Assembly: GCA_964291415.2 (NCBI GenBank)
Contig: OZ219917.1
Coordinates: 256,001 to 320,000, forward strand
Source: Alphaproteobacteria bacterium
GTDB taxonomy: Bacteria; Pseudomonadota; Alphaproteobacteria; SP197
DNA: 64,000 bases
Direction: 5' to 3'
Shown here one piece after another: positions 46,469 through 56,512 of this stretch; positions within the stretch are counted from its first letter, which is position 1, and the number at the start of each line of letters is the position of its first letter. The position numbers were made by a program, and so were the translations under genes. The notes beneath the pieces were generated by a model that worked only from the letters and a program-made list of their open reading frames with translations, was not told the DNA's origin and made no database searches.

Positions 46469-47202
46469 GGGGCGCTGCGGGTGTGTCGGCGCATGAGGGC
46501 CTCGGTCCGCCACAACGCCAGTTCGGAACGGGTGCGCACCAGCAGGATGGCAACCAGGAAGGCGGCGAACCCCAAGGCCGTGATCATCAGCGGCCACAGC
46601 ATGGAAGCATGGATCGACGGTCCGTCGGCGCGCAGGATGCTGGCCGGCTGGTGCAGCGTGTTCCACCAGTCGACGGAGAACTTGATGATCGGCAGATTGA
46701 TGACGCCGACCAGCGCCAGGAGCGAGGCCGCGCGCAGCCCCCGCAACCGGTCGTCAAAGGCGCCGGCCAGCGCCAGGTAACCGAGGTAGAGAAAGAACAG
46801 CACGAGGACGGATGTCAGGCGGGCGTCCCACACCCACCAGGTTCCCCATGTCGGCTTGCCCCACAGGCTCCCGGTGATGAGAGCGATGGCGGTGAAGCAG
46901 GCGCCGACCGGCGCCGCGGCCAGCGCGGCGATACCGGCCAGCTGGTGTTTCCACACCAGGAAGCAGGCGGAGAGAACGGCCATCAGGGCGTAGCAGGCCA
47001 TGGCCATCCAGGCCGCCGGCACATGGACATACATGACCCTGACCGTGTCGCCCTGCTGGTAGTCGCCAGGAGACAGCGCCAGGCCCCAGACGAACCCGCT
47101 TGCGAGTCCCAGGACCGCCACGGCCCAGCTCCACGGCAAGGCACGCCTTGCGAACTTCTGGAACCGCGCCGGATTCGCCAGCCTGTGAAAGGAGGGGGTC
47201 AC
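46465..47202 (-). CDS. ccmC: Heme exporter protein CcmC
   Basis: DYQQG, YVHVP, WWD motif GSLWGKPTWGTWWVWDARLT, WWNTLHQ. Confidence 0.96.
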   Translation of the reverse strand: MTPSFHRLANPARFQKFARRALPWSWAVAVLGLASGFVWGLALSPGDYQQGDTVRVMYVHVPAAWMAMACYALMAVLSACFLVWKHQLAGIAALAAAPVGACFTAIALITGSLWGKPTWGTWWVWDARLTSVLVLFFLYLGYLALAGAFDDRLRGLRAASLLALVGVINLPIIKFSVDWWNTLHQPASILRADGPSIHASMLWPLMITALGFAAFLVAILLVRTRSELALWRTEALMRRHTRSAP

Positions 47203-47227
47203 GTGGTGTTCCGGCCGTTCTCGAGGG

Positions 47228-47893
47228 TCATTCGATGGCCATGCGCAATGCCACAGCACTCGCCCACAGGGCAAGGGGCGTCCCGGCAATGAGGAGTGCA
47301 GCCTCGATGAGCAGGGGAGGCCACACGGGACCTCCTCTCAGGGCAGCCTCGACGGCGCCGATCCCGAAGATCAACACCGGAACCTGAAGCGGCAGGACGA
47401 TGAGTCCGATGAGCGCCCCGCTCTTCCTCGCGCCAAGGACGAGGGCGGCGCCGATGCTCCCGACAAGGCTCAAGACCGGCGTGCCGACGGCCAGCGACAC
47501 GATGAGAATCCACCAGGCGGCCAGGTCGAGATTGAGCAGCATGGCCATCAGCGGCGACAGGACGACAACGGGAAGACCGGATGTCAGCCAGTGGGCGAGA
47601 CACTTGGCCGCCACCTGGAACTCGAAGGGTTGCGCCGAGAGGGCCATGATCTCCAGGGAGCCGTCTTCGAGATCGGCGCGATAGAGGCGTTCCAGCGACG
47701 TCATGGACGCCAGCAGCGCCGTCACCCAGATAATCCCGGCAGCGATGCGGGCGAGAAGATCCGGATCGGGGCCGACGCCGAAGGGGAAGACCGCGACGGC
47801 GACGACAAAGAACACGAGCGTGAGCGCCGCTTCGCCGCCGCGCCGCGTGGCGAGCGCAAGGTCGCGCCTGACGAGAACGCCGAAGGTCGTCAC
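47228..47893 (-). CDS. ccmB: Heme exporter protein CcmB
   Basis: FPFGVGP, DLEDGSLE, KCLAHW, LPLQVPVLIFG. Confidence 0.95.
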   Translation of the reverse strand: MTTFGVLVRRDLALATRRGGEAALTLVFFVVAVAVFPFGVGPDPDLLARIAAGIIWVTALLASMTSLERLYRADLEDGSLEIMALSAQPFEFQVAAKCLAHWLTSGLPVVVLSPLMAMLLNLDLAAWWILIVSLAVGTPVLSLVGSIGAALVLGARKSGALIGLIVLPLQVPVLIFGIGAVEAALRGGPVWPPLLIEAALLIAGTPLALWASAVALRMAIE

Positions 47894-48501
47894 GGAGACG
47901 TCCCCAGGCGGACTGTCTGCGCCTCGTCGAGGGCATGGGCGGCAAGGATTGCGATTCCGCCCCGGGAGCGGTGCCCGGCGATCAGCTCGTTCAGCCGGGC
48001 GGTCGAGTCGGCATCGAGATTGGCGGCCGGCTCGTCCAGGATCCAGCAGCCACCGGGGCGCGCCGCCACGCGCGCCAGGGCCAGCCGGCGCATCTGACCT
48101 GCCGACAGCATGGCCGCCGGGAGGGGATCGAGACCCTCGAGGTTCAGGGATTCGCGAAGTCCGGGGGACTCGTCACACCCCAGGAAGGCAAGGTTCTCGC
48201 GCACCGTCAGGGTTCTCTTGACGGCATTGAGATGACCGAGAAACACCATGTCCCGGCGCCACGGCTGCGGTTCCAGGCGGGTATCGAGGCCGCGCCAGGA
48301 GATCCGGCCCGCGGAGGGAGTGAGAAGGCCGGCCATGATACGCAGCAGGCTGCTCTTGCCGCTGCCGTTGGGGCCCTCGACGATGAGGGCATCGCCTGCG
48401 TTGAGGGAGACCGTCAGTCCCTGGAAGAGCAGGCGTCCGCCACGTTCACAGGCGAGATCATCGACAAGAAGCCGTGGCTCGCCATTCCCGGGAGACGTCA
48501 T
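47890..48501 (-). CDS. ccmA: Heme ABC exporter ATP-binding protein CcmA
   Basis: LACERGGR, GPNGSGKS, LGH, LSAGQMRR, WILDEP. Confidence 0.95.
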   Translation of the reverse strand: MTSPGNGEPRLLVDDLACERGGRLLFQGLTVSLNAGDALIVEGPNGSGKSSLLRIMAGLLTPSAGRISWRGLDTRLEPQPWRRDMVFLGHLNAVKRTLTVRENLAFLGCDESPGLRESLNLEGLDPLPAAMLSAGQMRRLALARVAARPGGCWILDEPAANLDADSTARLNELIAGHRSRGGIAILAAHALDEAQTVRLGTSP

Positions 48502-48507
48502 GGGCAG

Positions 48508-49257
48508 TCAATGGCCGGCGGCCGCCCCACCATCGAGCGACAGGATGATTCCGGTGGCAAGGCTCGCATCGTCGGAGGCCAGCCACAGGATGCCGCGGGC
48601 TATCTCCCCCGCCGTTCCGATGCGGCCCATGGGCACCCATGCGTTGATGTCCGTGAAATAGCCGTCCTCGTCACCGGACTGCCGCGCCGGGATCCGGTGC
48701 ATGTCCGTGTCGACCGGCCCCGGGGCGACGGCATTGACGCGGACCTCTCCGGCCAGCTCCAGGGCCATGGCCCGAGTCATGTTGTTGAGGCCCCCCTTTG
48801 AGGTGCAATAGACCGTGGAGCCGTCCGCATGGCCCATCAGGCCGGACACCGACGAGACCATGACCACGTTGCCCCTGTTCTCGCGAAGCGCGGGGAGGGC
48901 GTATCGGGTAAGGAAGAATGGCGCGCGAAGGTTGATGTCCATGGTCGCCTGCCAAAGCGCTTCATCCGACTCTTCGATCGTGCCGCCGTCACCGATCGCG
49001 GCGTTGTTGACCAGGACGTCGAGACCCCCGAAGTGGCCGAGGGCCCTGTCGACGAGCTCCCTGCATCCCTCGAGGGTGGAGAGGTCCGCAGGCAGTCCCC
49101 GGCCGCCCCCGAGGTCCGCCACCGTCTCGTCGACGGACTCCTGCGTGCGCCCGTGGATCACCACGTCCGCGCCCTCTTCGAGAAAGAGCCGTGCCGTCTC
49201 CCTGCCGATGCCACGCGTCGAGCCGGTGACAATCACGCGCTTGCCTGAAAACCGCAT
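48508..49257 (-). CDS. Short-chain dehydrogenase/reductase
   Basis: TGSTRGIG, NNAA, YCTSK, NAVAPG; GGAGG RBS. Confidence 0.9.
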   Translation of the reverse strand: MRFSGKRVIVTGSTRGIGRETARLFLEEGADVVIHGRTQESVDETVADLGGGRGLPADLSTLEGCRELVDRALGHFGGLDVLVNNAAIGDGGTIEESDEALWQATMDINLRAPFFLTRYALPALRENRGNVVMVSSVSGLMGHADGSTVYCTSKGGLNNMTRAMALELAGEVRVNAVAPGPVDTDMHRIPARQSGDEDGYFTDINAWVPMGRIGTAGEIARGILWLASDDASLATGIILSLDGGAAAGH

Positions 49258-49333
49258 GTCCGTGCTCCTCCGCCATGAGGTGACCGTCATACCGCCTCGC
49301 CTTCGCGCAAGTCCACCGCTGCGGCGCCAATCG

Positions 49334-50251
49334 TCAGAAATGCGTCTGCCGATCCCGCGCGAGACTGTTGCGCATGAACTCGGCGAAGGCCCTCGCCGGC
49401 GCCGTCAGCTCGGCGTCCACGGGCCAGACCAGACCGACGTCCATCGTCGGAACATGGCTCGCCAACGGCACCGTTTCCACGCGAAGTCCCTCGAGCGACC
49501 ACGGCCGGTAGACCATGTCGGAGAGAATGGTGACTCCCATGCCGTTGGCCACCATCGAGCGCACGGCCTCCACGGACGATGTACGCATCAGCGTTTTCGG
49601 GCGCACGCCGGCGAGGTGCCAGTAGCGCAGCGCCGTGTTCGACGCTTCGTCGACCGTCAGCATGATGTAGGGTTCCTGCGCCACATCGTTGAGGTGTATC
49701 TCGTCCCTGGCGAGGAGCCCGTGACCAGCGGGCAGCCAGAGGCTTCGGGGCGAGCGGAACAGGGTCTCGAAATCCAGCCCTTCCTGATCCGCGATGTTCG
49801 AGGTCAGGAGAACCGCGATATCGAAGTCGCCGGTGACCAGCCCGTTTTCGATCTCGGGCCGCGTGGTTTCCAGCGGCTGCAGCGTGATGTGCGGATAGGT
49901 GCGCGTGAAGCGCTCAAGGTAGGCGGGAAGAAAGTACCCGGCCACCGTATACGTCATGGCCAGCCGCAGCCTCCCCTTGAGTTGCGACTGTGTGTTGCGC
50001 GGCGCCCGGACGGCTTCGTCGACCGCCGTCAGCACGCGGCCAGCGTGCTCGAGGAAGATCATGCCGTTGTGCGTGAGCGTGACTCCGTGAACGCGCCGCT
50101 GGAAGAGAGCGCAGCCGGTAATCTCCTCGAGCTGCCTGACCGCCACGGTGATGGCGCTCTGCGAAACGTTCAGTTCCCGCGCTGCCCGGGAGATCTGTCC
50201 CGCGCGGGCCGCCGCCACGAAGTAGCGGATCTGTCGCAGTGAAGGTTCCAA
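49334..50251 (-). CDS. LysR-family transcriptional regulator
   Basis: LRQIRYF..ISRAARELNVSQSAIT HTH; divergent from the TorT-like operon. Confidence 0.93.
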   Translation of the reverse strand: MEPSLRQIRYFVAAARAGQISRAARELNVSQSAITVAVRQLEEITGCALFQRRVHGVTLTHNGMIFLEHAGRVLTAVDEAVRAPRNTQSQLKGRLRLAMTYTVAGYFLPAYLERFTRTYPHITLQPLETTRPEIENGLVTGDFDIAVLLTSNIADQEGLDFETLFRSPRSLWLPAGHGLLARDEIHLNDVAQEPYIMLTVDEASNTALRYWHLAGVRPKTLMRTSSVEAVRSMVANGMGVTILSDMVYRPWSLEGLRVETVPLASHVPTMDVGLVWPVDAELTAPARAFAEFMRNSLARDRQTHF

Positions 50252-50392
50252 CTGTTTTTCTCATATCATTGTTTGAATATCTTGCATAGGCATGCGTAAT
50301 TCGGGCGTTGTCTACGGGTATTTCCATAGGTCATGTCGACCGCAATCGCCTGTGTTTCAAGGAATGTACCCGCCCTCGTCCCGTCAAGGGTA

Positions 50393-50409
50393 ATATCTGA
50401 TACTGATAT
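50393..50409. promoter_or_regulatory. Palindrome ATATC-N7-GATAT; candidate LysR operator
   Basis: ATATCTGATACTGATAT in the AT-rich divergent promoter; a related ATATC..AATAT lies at about 50263-50280. Confidence 0.4.
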
Positions 50410-50538
50410 AATACTTCCAAATTCATTGAATTTGTCAAGGCAAGGATGCCCTTGACAGAATCCCTGGGGATCGCTTGGCGATCCATCTTGCAAGCAGGGC
50501 CCCGGTACACGGGGGCCGTAACCAGGGAGTAAGGAGAG

Positions 50539-51612
50539 ATGACCATTCGAGTGCGTCACCTTTTGGCGGCATCAGTCGTGACCCTGTCGGCGGTGGGTGC
50601 CCAGGCGGAAGACGCCTGGTATCCCTACGCCGTGGAGAGCTGGGACCCGCCCTTCGACATGTCGAGCCCGCGCACGTCCATCGACTACGTGCCGCTGGAG
50701 AGCGCCAGCCAGGACTGGGAAATCTGCGTGTCCTTTCCGCACATGAAGGATGCCTACTGGCTGGGCGTGAACTACGGAGTCGCCTCCGAGGCCGAGCGGC
50801 TGGGGGTCAACATGCAGCTGGTTGAGGCGGGCGGCTACACCGAGCTCAACACCCAGATCAGCCAGATCGAGGACTGCGTGGCCGCCGGCGCCGATGCCGT
50901 CGTGATCGGCGCGATTTCCTATGACGGCCTCAACAACCTCGTGTCCGAGATCCGTGGACAGGGCCTGCCCGTCATCGACGTCATCAACGGTATGTCGTCG
51001 GGCGAACTGTCGGCGAAATCCCTCGTGTCGTTCGGCGAGATGGGCGGCAAGACCGGCGAGTTCCTCGCCATGACCCATCCGGCGGGAAGCGACCCCGTCA
51101 AGGCCGCCTGGTTCCCGGGCCCGGCCGGTGCGGGCTGGGTCGAGGCGGGGAACGCCGGCTTCATCGGCGCCGTTGAAGGCAGCGCCGTCGAGGTCGTCGA
51201 CACCCGGTACGGCGACACCGGCAAGGAGGCGCAGTCGGCACTGGTCGAGGATGCGCTCGAAACCCACCCGGACCTCGACTACATCGTCGGCACGGCGGTC
51301 ACCGCAGAGGCGGCCATTCCGATCCTGCGCGCGCGCGGCATCAGCGACCGGATCGGCGTCCTGTCCTACTACTTCACGCCTGGCGTCGACCAAGGCATCA
51401 GTCGTGGGCAGATTCTTGCCGCTCCGACCGATTCACCCGTGATCCAGGGCCGGATCGCCATCGACCAGGCGGTTCGCATCCTCGAGGGAGCCGACTACGA
51501 CAAGCATGTCGGGCCGGCGCTCTACGTCGTGACGGCGGACAACCACAAGGACTTCGATTCGTCCTCGACACTGGCACCCGCCGGTTTCAGCCCTGTCTTC
51601 AGGGTCGACTAG
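50539..51612 (+). CDS. TorT-like periplasmic binding protein (sugar-binding fold)
   Basis: Signal peptide, ICVSFPHMKDAYWLGVNYG, EAGGY, FPGP, YGDTGK, QGRIAIDQAVR. Confidence 0.85.
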   Translation: MTIRVRHLLAASVVTLSAVGAQAEDAWYPYAVESWDPPFDMSSPRTSIDYVPLESASQDWEICVSFPHMKDAYWLGVNYGVASEAERLGVNMQLVEAGGYTELNTQISQIEDCVAAGADAVVIGAISYDGLNNLVSEIRGQGLPVIDVINGMSSGELSAKSLVSFGEMGGKTGEFLAMTHPAGSDPVKAAWFPGPAGAGWVEAGNAGFIGAVEGSAVEVVDTRYGDTGKEAQSALVEDALETHPDLDYIVGTAVTAEAAIPILRARGISDRIGVLSYYFTPGVDQGISRGQILAAPTDSPVIQGRIAIDQAVRILEGADYDKHVGPALYVVTADNHKDFDSSSTLAPAGFSPVFRVD

Positions 51613-51619
51613 GCGGTCC

Positions 51620-53131
51620 ATGAAAGGCGAGTCTCTGCCGCTTCTGTCCACCAGGGGAATCTCGAAGGATTTCCCTGGTGTGCGTGCCCTCGACGACGTG
51701 GATTTCGACCTCCTCGAGGGTGAGGTCCACGTTGTCTTCGGCGAAAACGGCGCGGGCAAGTCGACGCTGATCTCCCTGCTCTCCGGGGCCACCAGGCCCT
51801 CCGGGGGCGACATCCGGATGCACGGCGAGCGGATCGAGCTTCATTCCGTCCACGACGCGAGGTCGCGCGGCATCTCGGCCGTGTTCCAGGAATTCTCCCT
51901 CATTCCGCAGATGACGGTCGAGGAGAACCTCTTTCTCGGCGAGGAGCGGCGCCGGGGCATTCTGCTGGACCGGACGAGAATGCGCCAGGAGGCGCGCAGC
52001 CTTCTCGATGATCTCGGCTTTGGACTGTCGCCACAGCGGCCCGTGCACTGGCTCACCAGGGCCGAGCAGCAGATGGTGGAGATTGCCAAGGCCTTCCGTT
52101 CCGATCTGTCCGTGCTCATCCTCGACGAGCCGACCGCCAGCCTCACCGACCCGGAAACCGAACAGCTCTTCGCGCTGATCGGCACCCTCACCGCACGGGG
52201 CGTGGGGATCATCTACGTCACGCACCGCATGGCCGAAATCCGCCGCATCGGGACCCGTATCACGGTCTTGAGGGACGGACGGCGGGTTGCCACCATGCCG
52301 GTTGCCGAGGCGGACGACGAGTCCCTGGTCCGTCTGATGACGGGCCGCGAGGTCGGTCGGATCTTTCCGCCACGGCCCCACGCGACAGGCGGTGAGGAGG
52401 TGCTCGCACTCGAGGGAGTCACGACCGCGGGCGACACGGTCCTCGACGTCTCTCTCCACGTCCGCCGCGGGGAAATCGTCGGCATGGCGGGGCTCGTGGG
52501 ATCGGGCAAGTCGGAGGCCATCCAGGCGGCCTTCGGAGTCCTGCCCGTGAAGGCGGGACGGATTCGCTACAAGGGTTCCGCCGTGACCCGGCGGAGTCCC
52601 GCACGGGCGATCAGGGCCGGCTTCCTCTATCTCCCTGCCGACCGCAAGGAGGAGGGTCTCCTGATGGTACGGCCCGCAAGGGAGAACATGTCCCTGGCGG
52701 CGCTCGACCGGGCTCCCGTGCGCCGGGGACTGTTTCTCGACCGCCGCGCGGAAAGGAGAATTGTCTCGAGGATCGCGGACCATCTCGCGCTCTCGCCCAA
52801 CCGGCCCGAACGTACCGTGGACCACTTCTCGGGTGGCAATCAGCAGAAGGTGATGCTGTCGCGCAGCTTCGCGCAGGACTTCGATCTCATCGTCTTCGAT
52901 GAGCCCACGGTGGGCGTGGACGTGGGAACGCGCGCCGCCATCTACCGGATGATCGTCGATCTCGCGAAGTCGGGCACCGCCATTGTCGTGGTGTCGTCGG
53001 ATCTCCCCGAAATCGTGAATCTCTCGACCCGCGTCTATGTCTTCTACCGGGGCCGCGTGCAGGCAGAATTGACGATGCCGCACATCACCGAGGAAGAGGT
53101 GCTGGCCCACTTCTTCGAACGGGCCGCCTGA
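51620..53131 (+). CDS. Sugar-type (CUT2) ABC ATP-binding protein with two ATPase domains
   Basis: GENGAGKST, LDEPT, SGGNQQK, DEPTVGVDVG. Confidence 0.93.
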   Translation: MKGESLPLLSTRGISKDFPGVRALDDVDFDLLEGEVHVVFGENGAGKSTLISLLSGATRPSGGDIRMHGERIELHSVHDARSRGISAVFQEFSLIPQMTVEENLFLGEERRRGILLDRTRMRQEARSLLDDLGFGLSPQRPVHWLTRAEQQMVEIAKAFRSDLSVLILDEPTASLTDPETEQLFALIGTLTARGVGIIYVTHRMAEIRRIGTRITVLRDGRRVATMPVAEADDESLVRLMTGREVGRIFPPRPHATGGEEVLALEGVTTAGDTVLDVSLHVRRGEIVGMAGLVGSGKSEAIQAAFGVLPVKAGRIRYKGSAVTRRSPARAIRAGFLYLPADRKEEGLLMVRPARENMSLAALDRAPVRRGLFLDRRAERRIVSRIADHLALSPNRPERTVDHFSGGNQQKVMLSRSFAQDFDLIVFDEPTVGVDVGTRAAIYRMIVDLAKSGTAIVVVSSDLPEIVNLSTRVYVFYRGRVQAELTMPHITEEEVLAHFFERAA

Positions 53132-54129
53132 TGCCGGGGAAGACTGGCGTTGTGATGAAGAGGCTCTTCGTCCGGCTCGGCATCCTGCCGTTTCTCCTGG
53201 TGATCGCGGTGATCATCTTCGCCCTCATGTCGGACAACTTCCTGACGTCGCGCAACCTGATGAACGTGCTCCGCCAGTCGGTCTTCCTGACCATCGTCTC
53301 GCTGGGACAGATGCTCGCCCTGCTTTCGGGTGGATTCGATCTTTCGGTCGGAACCATCGTCGCGGTGTCCTCGGTCGTCGGCGCCCTCGCCATGGCCGGG
53401 CTCCATGCCGCCATGCCCGAGGCGATCACGCTCACCATTGCGCTGGGCTGTCTCGCCGGCATCCTCGCCGGAACGATGATCGGCGTGGCGAACGCCGTGG
53501 GCGTTGCCTTCTTCAGGGTGTCGCCCTTCATGATGTCGCTGGGCATGGCCTCGGTCGGCTTCGGCATCGCCCTCTATCTGACCGGAGGCGTCCCGGTCTA
53601 CGGCATGCCTGTCGAGTTCGGCGACGTCTTCGGTTTCGGCTCCTGGGCCGGGGTGCCGTCGCCGGTCTGGATCGCCGCCTTGCTGATCCTGCTGATGGCG
53701 GCCCTGCTCTACGGAACACCGTGGGGCCGGCACTTCTACGCCGTGGGAGGCAACGCGAAGGCTGCACACCTTTCGGGTATCAACGTGACCGGGACGCTGT
53801 TCTGCACCTATGTCCTGTGCGCGCTGTTGGCCGCAATCGCCGGGATGCTCCTGACCGCGCGCCTCGATACCGGGGAGGCGAACATCGGTGCCTCGCTGCC
53901 GCTGGAAAGCATCGCGGCCTGCGTGATCGCCGGGGTCTCGCTCAGGGGCGGGATCGGTCGGGTCGAGAACGTGGTGCTCGGAGCCCTCTTCATCGGCCTG
54001 ATCCAGAACGGCATGAACCTGGCGCGGATCGAGAGCTACCTGCAAACGGTGGTTCTCGGCTCACTGCTCATTCTCGCCGTCGTCGCCGACCAGATTCGCC
54101 TGCGCTACGTCGCCTCGCTGAAGAACTGA
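53131..54129 (+). CDS. Sugar-type ABC permease
   Basis: GGFDLSVG, GRHFYAVGGN, IAACVIAGVSLRGG; possible alternative start at about 53155. Confidence 0.92.
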   Translation: MPGKTGVVMKRLFVRLGILPFLLVIAVIIFALMSDNFLTSRNLMNVLRQSVFLTIVSLGQMLALLSGGFDLSVGTIVAVSSVVGALAMAGLHAAMPEAITLTIALGCLAGILAGTMIGVANAVGVAFFRVSPFMMSLGMASVGFGIALYLTGGVPVYGMPVEFGDVFGFGSWAGVPSPVWIAALLILLMAALLYGTPWGRHFYAVGGNAKAAHLSGINVTGTLFCTYVLCALLAAIAGMLLTARLDTGEANIGASLPLESIAACVIAGVSLRGGIGRVENVVLGALFIGLIQNGMNLARIESYLQTVVLGSLLILAVVADQIRLRYVASLKN

Positions 54130-54142
54130 AGGGAGACAGCGA

Positions 54143-54871
54143 ATGCTTGCCGACATCAACTGCGACATGGGTGAAAGCTTCGGTCTCTACACCTTCGGCA
54201 ACGATGCGGCGATCATGCCGTACATCACCCAGGCGAACATTGCCTGCGGCTACCACGGCTCCGATCCCAATCACATGGCGCAGACCGTCGAACTGGCGCG
54301 CGAACACGGCGTTCGCGTCGGCGCGCATGTCTCGCTGCCGGACCTCGCCGGCTTCGGACGCCGGGAAATGAAGGTCGGGCGCGAGGAACTGCGGAACATC
54401 ATTCTCTACCAGGTCGGCGCGCTGACGGCCTTTCTCAGGCAGGCCGGCACCGATCTCTCCCACATCAAGCCTCACGGCGCCCTCTACGGCATGGCCGCAA
54501 GCCAGGCGCATATCGCCGAAGCGGTGGCCGACGCCGCACTCGTCTACGGCATGCCGGTGATGGGTCTCAGCGGCACGCTCCACGAGACGGTGTACAGGTC
54601 CCGGGGCATCGACTTCCTGGCCGAGTTCTTCGTCGATCTCGAGTATGCCGACGACGGCAGGCTGATCATCACCAGGAGTCACGATGCGGTCGATCCGACC
54701 GCTGCCGCAGAGCGCGCCAGGAAGGCCGTTCTCGGCGGCACCCTGACGACGGCGGGCGGCAGGACGCTCAAGGTTCATGCCGAGACGGTCTGCGTGCACT
54801 CCGACACACCCAACGCCGTCGAGGTCGCCGCGGCGGTGCGCGACGCGCTGGCGGAACCGGACCATTCATGA
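54143..54871 (+). CDS. pxpA: 5-oxoprolinase subunit A (LamB/YcsF family)
   Basis: DINCDMGESFG, ANIACGYH, HIKPHGALY, TVCVHSDTP. Confidence 0.9.
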   Translation: MLADINCDMGESFGLYTFGNDAAIMPYITQANIACGYHGSDPNHMAQTVELAREHGVRVGAHVSLPDLAGFGRREMKVGREELRNIILYQVGALTAFLRQAGTDLSHIKPHGALYGMAASQAHIAEAVADAALVYGMPVMGLSGTLHETVYRSRGIDFLAEFFVDLEYADDGRLIITRSHDAVDPTAAAERARKAVLGGTLTTAGGRTLKVHAETVCVHSDTPNAVEVAAAVRDALAEPDHS

Positions 54872-54887
54872 CTTCAGGGAGTGACCT

Positions 54888-55124
54888 ATGGACAAGGACA
54901 TCAGGAGCCGTATTCCCGGCACGTTCTACCGCAGGCCGTCACCCGGGGAGCCGCCCTACAAGGACGCCGGCGACGCCGTGGCGAAGGGAGACGTCGTCGG
55001 ACTGATCGAAGTCATGAAAACGTTCCACGAGATCAGGTCGGACATCGAGGGAACGATCGATCGCTTCGTCGTCGAGGACGGCGAACCGGTGATGGCGGGC
55101 CAGACCCTGGCGGTGCTCGCCTGA
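54888..55124 (+). CDS. Biotin carboxyl carrier protein
   Basis: PGTFYRRPSP, IEVMK biotinylation motif. Confidence 0.9.
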   Translation: MDKDIRSRIPGTFYRRPSPGEPPYKDAGDAVAKGDVVGLIEVMKTFHEIRSDIEGTIDRFVVEDGEPVMAGQTLAVLA

Positions 55125-56512
55125 TGGCGATCGGCAAGCTCCTCGTCGCCAACCGGGGCGAGATCGCGGTGCGGATCATCCGCGCCGCACGGGACCTCGG
55201 GATCCCCAGTGTGCAGGTCCATTCGGCGGCGGACGCCGACATGCTCGCTGTCAGACTCGCCGACGAGTCAGTGGAAATCGGGCCTGCACCGGCCTCCCGG
55301 TCCTATCTCGATACCGATGCCGTGCTGCGGGCAGCCCGGGCGACGGGGGCGGATGCCGTGCACCCCGGTTACGGCTTCCTCGCGGAGAACGCCGTCTTCG
55401 CCGAAGCCGTGCGGGACGCGGGACTGACCTTTGTCGGACCGTCCGCGGAAACGATCCGCCTCATGGGCGACAAGGCCGCGGCACGCGCCTGCGCCGTCGA
55501 CGCCGGCGTGGCCACCGTTCCCGGCAGCGGCGGCGTCATCGCCAACATGGGCGAGGCCGGTGCGCTCGCACGCGACCTGGGTTTCCCGGTCATGATCAAG
55601 GCCGCCGCCGGTGGCGGCGGACGCGGCATCCGCGTAGCCGACGATCCCCGGGAGTTCGAGCGCCTTGCATCGCAAGCGTCGACGGAAGCGAAGGCGGCGT
55701 TCGGCGACGGCGGCATCTACATCGAGAAGGTCATTCACGACGCCCGGCACATCGAGGTCCAGATTCTCGGCGACGGCAGGAACGCCGTTCACTGCTGGGA
55801 ACGCGAATGCTCGCTGCAGCGGCGGCGGCAGAAGATCTGGGAGGAAGCTCCCTCGACCGCCCTGGACGACGGCCTTCGAGACACTCTCTGCCGGTCCGCC
55901 TGCACCCTGGCCCGATCGGTCGCCTACTCGGGCGCCGGCACGGTCGAGTACCTCTTCGACGGGCGCACGGGGGCGTTCTACTTCATCGAAATGAACACCC
56001 GCATCCAGGTGGAACACCCGGTGACCGAGATGATCACCGGCCTCGATCTCGTGGCCGAGATGATCCGGATCGCCGAAGGCGAACCGCTGCGCCTGCGCCA
56101 GGAAGACATCCGCCGCACCGGGCACGCCATCGAGGTGCGCCTCAATGCCGAGGATCCGGCCAGCGATTTCATGCCGTTCCCGGGGACCGTGTCCGAATTG
56201 GCGCTGCCGGACGGACCCGGGGTCAGGGTCGATCACTGCCTCTACCCGGGATACACGGTCCCCCCCTTCTACGATTCGCTGCTGGGAAAGCTGATCGTCC
56301 ACGGCGAGACCCGGGACCACGCGCTCCGGCGCCTCGCCCGGTCGCTTGCGGAACTCAAGATCGGGGGACTCGCCACCACGGCGCCGCTCTTCGGCGCGTT
56401 GTTGGAGGAGTCCGACATCCGCGACAACGCCGTCCACACCGGTTGGCTCGAGCACTGGCTTGCGTCCGGCGCGATGACATCCGTTCAAGACCAGGGAGGC
56501 AGGGCCACATGA
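55124..56512 (+). CDS. Biotin carboxylase
   Basis: LVANRGEIA, HPGYGFLAEN, GGGGRG, RECSLQRR, EMNTRIQVEHPVTE, YDSLLGK. Confidence 0.94.
   Translation: MAIGKLLVANRGEIAVRIIRAARDLGIPSVQVHSAADADMLAVRLADESVEIGPAPASRSYLDTDAVLRAARATGADAVHPGYGFLAENAVFAEAVRDAGLTFVGPSAETIRLMGDKAAARACAVDAGVATVPGSGGVIANMGEAGALARDLGFPVMIKAAAGGGGRGIRVADDPREFERLASQASTEAKAAFGDGGIYIEKVIHDARHIEVQILGDGRNAVHCWERECSLQRRRQKIWEEAPSTALDDGLRDTLCRSACTLARSVAYSGAGTVEYLFDGRTGAFYFIEMNTRIQVEHPVTEMITGLDLVAEMIRIAEGEPLRLRQEDIRRTGHAIEVRLNAEDPASDFMPFPGTVSELALPDGPGVRVDHCLYPGYTVPPFYDSLLGKLIVHGETRDHALRRLARSLAELKIGGLATTAPLFGALLEESDIRDNAVHTGWLEHWLASGAMTSVQDQGGRAT

Noticed and set aside
50539-51612. TMAO respiration (tor) locus
   Set aside because: Only a TorT-like protein is present, with no torS, torR, torC or torA, and the context is an ABC importer.
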